Source: Nanobdellota archaeon (GTDB taxonomy: Archaea > Nanobdellota > Nanobdellia > Nanobdellales > Nanobdellaceae). Taken from it: DNA of 10,580 nucleotides. The stretch covers positions 1-10,580 of the forward strand of contig JAIXNB010000047.1 in assembly GCA_020697515.1 (NCBI GenBank). Reading direction: 5' to 3'. A program made the translations under genes and the position numbers. The notes under the pieces are model-generated. The model was given only the letters and a program-made list of their open reading frames with translations. It searched no databases and had not been told where the DNA came from. This document shows, one piece after another, positions 4,905 to 10,580 of the stretch. The stretch's first letter is position 1. Each line of letters begins with the position of its first letter.

Positions 4905-7490
4905 TTAGTGTTTAGAGAATACTCTACTATATATGAACCTTGCAGCATATTTATCCAAAAACTCATTGAAGTTCCCACACTTTGTACTTAGGATACATCT
5001 TGGACAGCCATCCTCACATCTACACCTAAAAATAACATCTTTGGATCTCTCAATGAGTTTCTCTATATTTTTATAGAGTATTTCTACCAAACCTGCTCCT
5101 CCTTCGTAACTTTCATAAATAAATATCGTCGGTAAGTCTGTATCAGAATATATAGAATATGAATACCCTCCTAGTTCTCTTGAATCTATATTAGTTACTG
5201 TTGGAGATATCTTTATGATACTATGTTCTATTGCGTGAAGACCTGATTGGAAAGAATAATAGGAGTCAATCAGTTTTTTTACTAAGAATGCTAATTTTTT
5301 ATCAGTATTTCCTACCAATTTAGAAATATAATACTCTAAGATTTCATATATTTTTTTGGTGGTGAACCCTCTATATTTTTCATAGATAAATTCTCTATCT
5401 ATAGATGAAGAAATACTTATTAGATCTTCCGAATTAATTTTGTAACCTTTTCTATTTATGTAAATTTCTAATTTTCTTTTAAAATACTCATAATATTCTC
5501 TTTCAATCTCTTTATAATCCTTTGGGATAGTTATCCAAACAGAATTTGTGACGAACTCTCTTTCAATAGGGGTATCATAATAATGTATGCTCTGTCTAGT
5601 ATATTTCTCAACTTTGTACTTTTCTAAGTACCCAACATATATCTTCTTAACTTTTATTGTCCCTAGATAAATCTTCCAATCTTTAAAGTCTTTGCAAAGT
5701 TTTTTTTCTAAAATCTTCACTTTTTCGTGACTTATTGCGTATGTTTCTAGCTCTCTACTATATTCTGGACGGACAAAAACTAAAGTTACGTTTCCTATCG
5801 TCGTGAACTCCTCAACTCTATATACCTTTCCAGCAGAGTAGTATACCATACCGGGTAATAGATATTCATAAAAAGATCGTTCATCAATTTCCTCTAATAT
5901 AATACCTTTACTTTTTAAAAGGCTTACAAATCTCATGGCTTTAGAAACATTTTTTATTCTATTTACCACTCTTTTTACGTTTTGATTTGATAATGTTATA
6001 TAATATATTTTATCGGATATATTTCTCAATCCAGAGTAGTTTATATCACTTACTAGAATGGCATACTTTTTATTAAAAAAGTGATCAGTGGTTATCTTTA
6101 CATTCTTTTCTTTTTCTAACTCTCTCACTAATTCTAATTCTTTTTTTGATAAGATTTCTAATGGTAATCTTCTAAATTCTTTTATATGATAAAGTAGATG
6201 ACGCTTAGCAACTACTGAGTTATCTAGATTAACAGGGATTGCATCCACTTTATTTTTTAGGATCTTTTCAAAAAATTCTTTTTTGTTGATACTATAATAG
6301 AAATCCAAGGCATCCTTTCTGAATATAACAATGTTATATCCTTCTGATTTTCTACCAGCCCTGCCAAATCTTTGGATTAGAGAGAACATACCATCTTTAG
6401 GAATACCGTAATTAACTACTGCTTTTATATCTCCTATATCTATACCAAGCTCCAAAGCAGAAGTAGTCACTAAAATAAGATAATCTCCTTCCTTAAATTT
6501 TGTTTCTATTTTCTTTCTTTTTTCTTTGGTGAAGCTAGCTTTATATGGGTGTATTCTTTCCTCCTTGTCTATATCCATAACTGATATTTTAGATAGTTCT
6601 ACTCCTTTTTTAGACTCTAAAAAAACTAGAGATTTTGTTTCAGTTTCTAGCAAGATTTTTAGAATTCTTCTCAAAAATGTTCTAGAGTTAATAGTTTTAG
6701 GATCTATTGCAATTATATATTTTTTATATCTTCTACTGAAATCTTTTTGTATCTCCTCAAAAGGCTCCCCAAAAAGTTCTTCGCAAAATTCTTTTGCATT
6801 CTTCAACGTTGCGGAGAGAGCCAGTATTCTAAATTTCCGATTCTTATAAAAATATTTCAACAATCTAAATAACCTTCTAAAAACATATGCAGCGTTTGTT
6901 CCAAAAACTCCTCTATAATTATGAATTTCATCCACTACTACTAATTTTAGATTTTTAAGAAACATATAGGCCTTATCATGATTTTTGAGTAAAAATAAAT
7001 GCAAATTATCTATTGTAGTTAATATTACATTTGGAATTGTGTCTAATACTTTTTCCTTCTCTTTGTATGTTTGGTCCCCAAGTACATATAATATTTTTAT
7101 ATTCAATTTCTTGCCTAGGAATTTTTCTAATTTGTTAACTCTATTAAGAAGTTTTTCATATTGGTCGTAGAGCAGGGCACGGGTAGGAAATATTAGCAAG
7201 TATGTTCCTATAGGATTCTTTAGAAAGTTGTCTAGAATAAATAGACGAAATACTTCAGATTTTCCAGAAGCCGTAGGAGTAGTTACTATTACATTTTTTC
7301 CGGAATATAATAGCTCTAGGGCATCCTTTTGATGTTTATATAAATCAAAACCTAAATAACTAAGAAACTTCTTAATTTCAGGATTATAAAAACCTTTGAA
7401 TTTCTCATAGACTGCATCTCTTTCTTCAGTTTCTACCACCCCTACTATATAACTTTTAAATTCCTTTAATATTCTTTCCTTCAGATCCAT
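4905..7490 (-). CDS. SF2 DEAD/DEAH-box helicase with C-terminal DUF1998 / MrfA-type Zn-binding (four-Cys) domain (COG1205, YprA/MrfA-like)
   Basis: Helicase motifs present are motif I TPTASGKS, motif II VVDEIH, motif III SAT and motif VI QRFGRAGR. The C-terminal region has GLHAIEHSII...IFIYESYEGGAGL and the cluster CRCEDGCPRCILSTKCGN. The ORF track begins at a TTG (7529). I place the start at the first ATG (7490, MDLKERIL), because 7513-7563 looks like an sRNA. Confidence 0.88.
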   Translation of the reverse strand: MDLKERILKEFKSYIVGVVETEERDAVYEKFKGFYNPEIKKFLSYLGFDLYKHQKDALELLYSGKNVIVTTPTASGKSEVFRLFILDNFLKNPIGTYLLIFPTRALLYDQYEKLLNRVNKLEKFLGKKLNIKILYVLGDQTYKEKEKVLDTIPNVILTTIDNLHLFLLKNHDKAYMFLKNLKLVVVDEIHNYRGVFGTNAAYVFRRLFRLLKYFYKNRKFRILALSATLKNAKEFCEELFGEPFEEIQKDFSRRYKKYIIAIDPKTINSRTFLRRILKILLETETKSLVFLESKKGVELSKISVMDIDKEERIHPYKASFTKEKRKKIETKFKEGDYLILVTTSALELGIDIGDIKAVVNYGIPKDGMFSLIQRFGRAGRKSEGYNIVIFRKDALDFYYSINKKEFFEKILKNKVDAIPVNLDNSVVAKRHLLYHIKEFRRLPLEILSKKELELVRELEKEKNVKITTDHFFNKKYAILVSDINYSGLRNISDKIYYITLSNQNVKRVVNRIKNVSKAMRFVSLLKSKGIILEEIDERSFYEYLLPGMVYYSAGKVYRVEEFTTIGNVTLVFVRPEYSRELETYAISHEKVKILEKKLCKDFKDWKIYLGTIKVKKIYVGYLEKYKVEKYTRQSIHYYDTPIEREFVTNSVWITIPKDYKEIEREYYEYFKRKLEIYINRKGYKINSEDLISISSSIDREFIYEKYRGFTTKKIYEILEYYISKLVGNTDKKLAFLVKKLIDSYYSFQSGLHAIEHSIIKISPTVTNIDSRELGGYSYSIYSDTDLPTIFIYESYEGGAGLVEILYKNIEKLIERSKDVIFRCRCEDGCPRCILSTKCGNFNEFLDKYAARFIYSRVFSKH

Positions 7491-7512
7491 CTTTTTATCT
7501 CGAATTTTTGGA

Positions 7513-7563
7513 TCAGACAGGGGGCTCAATGCTCATTATTCACATCCCGGCTTCCTTCATCAT
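7513..7563 (-). ncRNA. Candidate C/D-box sRNA (51 nt) in the leader of the helicase gene
   Basis: The minus strand reads ATGATGA-aggaagccgggat-GTGA-ata-ATGAGCA-ttgagccccctgt-CTGA. That is C(7)-13-D'(4)-3-C'(7)-13-D(4). The C and D boxes are canonical. The variant D' (GUGA) and C' (AUGAGCA) keep the GA/GA sheared pairs and swap the closing G-C pair to C-G. The guides are GC-rich within an AT-rich region. Confidence 0.5.
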
Positions 7564-7590
7564 TATTTAATATTAAATTTCTTGTATTTC

Positions 7591-7603
7591 TTAAAAAGTA
7601 TAA
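7591..7603 (-). promoter_or_regulatory. TATA-like A/T element upstream of the sRNA candidate and helicase
   Basis: The minus strand reads ttatactttttaa, centred about 30 nt upstream of the C box at 7563. No TATA-like element lies 26 nt upstream of the helicase ATG itself. Confidence 0.3.
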
Positions 7604-7613
7604 TTAGAAGAGA

Positions 7614-8018
7614 CTATCTATAGGCTGTTGTATAATGTTTTCTTGGTTTGGAAGTTGGGGATTTATTTTGCTCCTTTCTTCTTGGATCAGATTTTAGTAG
7701 CCAAACATCATAAGCTGAATATAATGCTTCTAACTTCTCATCTTCAAAGTATTTAACTAGTCCTTTTGCTATAGCAGTTCTTGCAGCATCAGCCTGTCCC
7801 ATAAATCCACCTCCATAGACCTTCACATTGATGTCTACTTGAGACACATAATCTCCACCAGCTAAGACTAGTGGTTCCATTATTCTTAATCTAGCCAACC
7901 ATGGCTCATAGAACTCTAGAGGTATTGAATTTATTTTTACAACACCATTTCCTTCTTTAATATAAGCTCTTGCTATAGCCATTTTCCTTTTCCCAACGGC
8001 AATTACCACCTTATTCAT
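7614..8018 (-). CDS. rps9: 30S ribosomal protein uS9
   Basis: Matches include VIAVGKRKMAIARAYIKEGNG and GGGFMGQADAARTAIAKGL, with a C-terminal ...DPRRKE...AYR. The ORF track begins at a TTG (8036). The ATG at 8018 (MNKVVIAVGKRK) fits homolog N-termini and lies 26 nt downstream of a TATA box. Confidence 0.9.
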   Translation of the reverse strand: MNKVVIAVGKRKMAIARAYIKEGNGVVKINSIPLEFYEPWLARLRIMEPLVLAGGDYVSQVDINVKVYGGGFMGQADAARTAIAKGLVKYFEDEKLEALYSAYDVWLLKSDPRRKEQNKSPTSKPRKHYTTAYR

Positions 8019-8040
8019 TATACATAAAATTAACAATAGG

Positions 8041-8048
8041 TTTATAAA
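8041..8048 (-). promoter_or_regulatory. TATA box (tttataaa) for uS9
   Basis: This palindromic TATA is centred about 26 nt upstream of the ATG at 8018, within a 104-nt gap after uL13. Confidence 0.45.
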
Positions 8049-8122
8049 GAGTCTGGTGTAGATAATAGCTTCTTTTTCAAAATGTTTGCCCTCCTAATGT
8101 TTAAATTAAAAATTAAAAGGAA

Positions 8123-8596
8123 CTATGTCCTGATCTTTGCACTAATATATTTAACAACATCTTCTAAGTAAACATACCATATCTTTCTCTTTGTCTTTCT
8201 TATTTTTTCGTTGACTAGAGCATCTTTAAACTTATCAAAATCTTTATCTTTCAACTCATCCGGAACTCCTACATACGTCTTAATTCTCTTTAAAGCTACT
8301 CTTCCTCTCCAATTCTTTGGGAGCATCCCTCTTACAACTCTTTTAACAACCTTATCCGGTCTCTTTGGATAGAATGGTCCTTTATACCAATCACCTCTTT
8401 CCAAAATTTTGTGTTTCCAATAAGATAAGACGAACTCCTTTTTACCAGTTATTACAGTTTTTTCTGTGTTGACTATATGAATCTCGTACCCCATCAAAGC
8501 AAGCTTAGCTACTTTAGATGCAAGTCTTCCTAGCACATGATCGGAAGCATCGATGTATTTGGTCCCAATTACAACAGGTTTATATTTTGATACCAT
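8123..8596 (-). CDS. rpl13: 50S ribosomal protein uL13
   Basis: The 157-aa ORF has an ATG start and shows IDASDHVLGRLASKVAKLALMGYEIHIVNTEKTVITGKK, which is typical of archaeal L13. Confidence 0.92.
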   Translation of the reverse strand: MVSKYKPVVIGTKYIDASDHVLGRLASKVAKLALMGYEIHIVNTEKTVITGKKEFVLSYWKHKILERGDWYKGPFYPKRPDKVVKRVVRGMLPKNWRGRVALKRIKTYVGVPDELKDKDFDKFKDALVNEKIRKTKRKIWYVYLEDVVKYISAKIRT

Positions 8597-8618
8597 TTTT
8601 GAGTTTACTATGTAAACC

Positions 8619-8626
8619 TTATAAAC
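8619..8626 (-). promoter_or_regulatory. TATA-like element (minus strand gtttataa) for uL13, embedded in the 3' end and stop codon of the 70-aa ORF
   Basis: The element is centred about 26 nt upstream of the uL13 ATG at 8596. Confidence 0.4.
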
Positions 8627-8831
8627 TAAACTCCAAATTAATGTCCTCTCCTCCTGCCAAAAGTTTTTCGAACTCCTCTTTAGAGATTGGCAGTAATACT
8701 TTCCTATTATCTTTTAGAATTACAAAAATACTTTTGTTTCCTTCAATATCCATTTCTTCTATTTTCTCTATATCTTCGCTATGGAACTCTATCGAAGGGA
8801 ACTTCCCAAAAGTTACAGTAATTTTCACCAT
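8619..8831 (-). CDS. Hypothetical acidic 70-aa protein inserted between eL18 and uL13
   Basis: The ORF has an ATG start that overlaps the eL18 stop codon by one nucleotide (TAATG). I recognise no family. An antisense shadow ORF exists, but the sense strand fits the operon. Confidence 0.5.
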   Translation of the reverse strand: MVKITVTFGKFPSIEFHSEDIEKIEEMDIEGNKSIFVILKDNRKVLLPISKEEFEKLLAGGEDINLEFSL

Positions 8832-9196
8832 TATATTATGATTTTGATGTTCGAACCAGTTGGATTGCTTTTTACAAGTTCTTCTATTGTTATAACATTT
8901 GCACCCGACCTTCTGGCTTTTAGTGAGGCATTTTCAGAGAATTTCCAAGCGGCTATTGTTACTCTTTTAGTAAGTTTCCCAACCCCCAGTACTTTCCCGG
9001 GTACTACTATAATATCCCCTTCTTTTGTATACCTATCGATCTTACCCAGATTCACCTCTATTTTTTGTCTAGTTGGTTTAGATAAAAGCTCTGCAACATA
9101 TCTCCATATTCTTGCTTCATTCTCGTTTGAGGCCCTCTCTAAAAATCTTATTAATTTTCTTAAGTGAACATTAGTGGGACCTGTTCTTTTAACCAT
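8831..9196 (-). CDS. rpl18e: 50S ribosomal protein eL18 (L18e)
   Basis: The 121-aa ORF shows TNVHLRKLIRFLERAS...ARIWRYVAELL, VNLGKIDRY and IIVVPGKVLGVGKL...VTIAAWKFSENA, all typical of L18e. Confidence 0.92.
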   Translation of the reverse strand: MVKRTGPTNVHLRKLIRFLERASNENEARIWRYVAELLSKPTRQKIEVNLGKIDRYTKEGDIIVVPGKVLGVGKLTKRVTIAAWKFSENASLKARRSGANVITIEELVKSNPTGSNIKIII

Positions 9197-9217
9197 TTCT
9201 TTAATTACACCAAAAAC

Positions 9218-9226
9218 TTTATATTA
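9218..9226 (-). promoter_or_regulatory. TATA-like element for the eL18 operon
   Basis: The plus strand reads tttatatta, centred about 26 nt upstream of the ATG at 9196. Confidence 0.45.
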
Positions 9227-9537
9227 GGTTCTCATAAGTGTATAAGGATTCTCTTCTACAGTTATGTCCCCAGTTCTATATAGTTTTCCTTGTATTTCTT
9301 TGTTATATAAAGTTCGTATGCGGATTTTGTCTGTGATTTAATTTGGAATGGCCTGAAATCCACTATACACTGTGTTACACTCTCTTGTTAAGATAGAGTC
9401 CCTAACATAACTAGTTTCCTGTGAGATTCTTAAAGGATACCTACTTCCCTAAGCTGCTTTAACTTGACTATAATAAACTCATCTATATTACATTTATGTC
9501 TAGGTATTTCTCCTAGTTAATGTTTCCTTATTATTAT

Positions 9538-9555
9538 AAAAACGCTGTATAAAAA
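9538..9555 (-). terminator. Two T5 tracts downstream of dcd
   Basis: The minus strand reads ctttttatacagcgttttt, lying 29-46 nt after the dcd stop codon (9584-9586). Confidence 0.4.
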
Positions 9556-9583
9556 GATATCTCTAATCATAAATAGATACCAT

Positions 9584-10195
9584 TTACTTTTCAAAATCCT
9601 TATATATCCTTGATTCTGTTGCACCCCCCTCATCTACATACTTTGAATCTTTTCTAGCGTGGTACGGAGTTTCAACAGAGTCTAGTTCAAAGAATGAAAT
9701 CTGTGCAATACACGTTATAGGGTACAATTTTATTGGGATCTTATTCACATTAACAACCTCCAATGTCAAATGGCCTGAATATCCTGGGTCGACCCATCCA
9801 GCAGAAGTATGAATAATCAAACCTAATCTGGCATATGAACTTCTGCCCTGGATTTGAGCAGCAATATTGTCAGGTAATTTTAAATATTCATATATTGATG
9901 CTAAAACAAACTCTCCTGGATGAACTATAAACGGTGTTTTTTGATCTCTTAATATGTATAAATCAGAATACTTTCCATGATGTATGATATACCTATCTGT
10001 TTCTGTTCTAAATATAATATCATCTTTATACTCCTTAGGATCTATAGCTTCTACATCTATATTTTTGAACACTCTAAATTTAAACCCTAATCTTAAATCT
10101 AAAGAAGCCGGGCCTACTAAGTTTTCATCAAAAGGATCTACCAATATTTTCCCACTTTTAATATACTCTTTGATCTTTTTATCGCTAAGCAGCAT
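9584..10195 (-). CDS. dcd: dCTP deaminase (possibly a bifunctional dCTP deaminase/dUTPase; this cannot be decided here)
   Basis: Matches include GRSSYARLGLIIHTSAGWVDPGYSGHLTLEVVN and IAQISFF. Homologs begin MILSDKDI, which matches the internal MLLSDKKIKEY (ATG at 10195). The 15-codon extension back to 10240 overlaps an sRNA-like element and is probably not translated. Confidence 0.9.
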   Translation of the reverse strand: MLLSDKKIKEYIKSGKILVDPFDENLVGPASLDLRLGFKFRVFKNIDVEAIDPKEYKDDIIFRTETDRYIIHHGKYSDLYILRDQKTPFIVHPGEFVLASIYEYLKLPDNIAAQIQGRSSYARLGLIIHTSAGWVDPGYSGHLTLEVVNVNKIPIKLYPITCIAQISFFELDSVETPYHARKDSKYVDEGGATESRIYKDFEK

Positions 10196-10227
10196 TAAAC
10201 TATTATTGGGAGTTAATGCTCTAAAAC

Positions 10228-10276
10228 TCTGCGTGATCATGATTCATCATGGATCAGATACTCCGGGTGTCTTCAT
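10228..10276 (-). ncRNA. Candidate C/D-box sRNA (49 nt) in the leader of dcd
   Basis: The minus strand reads ATGAAGA-cacccggagtat-CTGA-tcc-ATGATGA-atcatgatcacg-CAGA. That is C(7)-12-D'(4)-3-C'(7)-12-D(4), the canonical archaeal double-guide geometry. The internal D'/C' pair is canonical. The terminal C/D pair is variant (AUGAAGA/CAGA) but keeps the GA dinucleotides. Confidence 0.6.
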
Positions 10277-10302
10277 TAGTTTTTGAGACTTAAACGAAAC
10301 GA

Positions 10303-10309
10303 TATAATA
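10303..10309 (-). promoter_or_regulatory. TATA-like element (minus strand attatat) upstream of the sRNA candidate and dcd
   Basis: The element is centred about 30 nt upstream of the C box at 10276. No convincing TATA lies 26 nt upstream of the dcd ATG at 10195. Confidence 0.3.
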
Positions 10310-10374
10310 GTATAACTCTAGAATATTTAAACCATCATATAAAGCTTTTATCCTCCTTTCTCCATTAAAAATTT

Positions 10375-10580
10375 ATGAAGAGATCTATCTCTCCAGTTAT
10401 TTCAGTAATCCTTTTAATAATCATAGCAATTGTACTAGTTGCATCAGCTTATCTCTTCCTATCTAATCAAATTCAAACTTTGTTTTCAATGAGCGAAGAA
10501 CAAGCCAAAGCATTACAGATCACAGTACCATTTCGTGCTATAATCTCTAATCCAAACCCTTACGATTTAACAGATTATCA
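10375..10580 (+). CDS. Partial (5' end only) archaeal type IV pilin-like protein with a class III signal peptide
   Basis: This ORF is absent from the supplied track because it runs off the window. I translated it by hand as MKRSISPVISVILLIIIAIVLVASAYLFLSNQIQTLFSMSEEQAKALQITVPFRAIISNPNPYDLTDY, with no stop codon. The short basic N-terminus followed by SPVI and a hydrophobic helix matches the archaeal pilin N-terminal domain pattern. Confidence 0.65.
   Translation, partial: MKRSISPVISVILLIIIAIVLVASAYLFLSNQIQTLFSMSEEQAKALQITVPFRAIISNPNPYDLTDY

Noticed and set aside
7491-7529. TTG-initiated 13-codon N-terminal extension of the helicase ORF (MSPLSDPKIRDKK).
   Set aside because: It uses a non-ATG start and overlaps the D box and guide of the C/D sRNA candidate. 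A clean ATG follows at 7490.
8019-8036. TTG-initiated extension of uS9 (MLILCI).
   Set aside because: Homologs start close to the VIAVGKRK motif. The ATG at 8018 sits 26 nt from a TATA box that the extension would run into.
8849-8857. gttcgaacc, a tRNA T-arm-like string.
   Set aside because: It lies inside the eL18 coding sequence and has no surrounding cloverleaf complementarity.
9333-9361. C/D-like fragment gtgattt-(13 nt)-ctga with flanking ggattt/aaatcc complementarity, about 25 nt downstream of a TATA-like box.
   Set aside because: The C box has two mismatches in its 3' half. There is no C'/D' pair and no second guide, and the putative terminal stem is separated from the C box by 6 nt. 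This is too weak to call and is only mentioned within the long non-coding region finding.
9340-9372. Possible origin-recognition-box-like sequence (ttggaatgg / aaatccactat), suggesting a replication origin in the long spacer.
   Set aside because: It matches the TCCAnTGGAAA-type ORB core in only about half the positions. There are no repeated or inverted copies flanking an AT-rich unwinding element, and no orc1/cdc6 gene lies nearby.
10196-10240. ATG-initiated 15-codon extension of dcd (MITQSFRALTPNNSL).
   Set aside because: dCTP deaminases begin at the MxLSDK motif. The extension's ATG lies within the sRNA candidate's second guide.
1-10580. Search for CRISPR repeats, long direct or inverted repeats, transposase or integrase genes, and tRNA or rRNA genes.
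   Set aside because: Reading both strands revealed no periodic repeats, no terminal inverted repeats, no recombinase-like ORFs and no tRNA- or rRNA-like conserved blocks.

Overview
This is a visibly AT-rich archaeal chromosomal segment. The archaeal call rests on PCNA, an HMf-type histone, ribosomal protein eL18, TATA boxes about 26 nt upstream of ATGs, and C/D-box sRNA-like elements. The K/I/E/L-rich, fast-evolving proteins and tightly packed or overlapping genes suggest a small-genome lineage such as DPANN/Nanoarchaeota, but that is inference only. Plus-strand genes are PCNA, a minimal M50 (site-2) protease and a histone. After a divergent wHTH+V4R regulator comes a three-gene overlapping operon: a sequon-rich secreted protein, a stand-alone PUA protein resembling the C-terminal module of archaeosine tRNA-guanine transglycosylase, and an archaeosortase-like membrane protein. 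The minus-strand block is eL18, a 70-aa orphan, uL13, uS9, a C/D-box sRNA candidate, a COG1205/DUF1998 (MrfA/YprA-like) helicase, a 78-aa membrane protein and a 91-aa orphan. A roughly 300-nt stop-saturated non-coding stretch follows. Then comes dCTP deaminase, preceded by a second, cleaner C/D-box sRNA candidate in its leader, and a partial type IV pilin-like gene running off the right edge. I found no CRISPR array, transposase/integrase, tRNA or rRNA. The points most worth follow-up are the two sRNA candidates sitting in 5' leaders (each overlaps a spurious N-terminal ORF extension), the unusual operon linking a secreted protein, a PUA protein and an archaeosortase under a V4R regulator, and an orphan ORF wedged into the eL18-uL13-uS9 cluster. 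I did not recognise a clear novel multi-gene system such as a defence island, and say so rather than force one.
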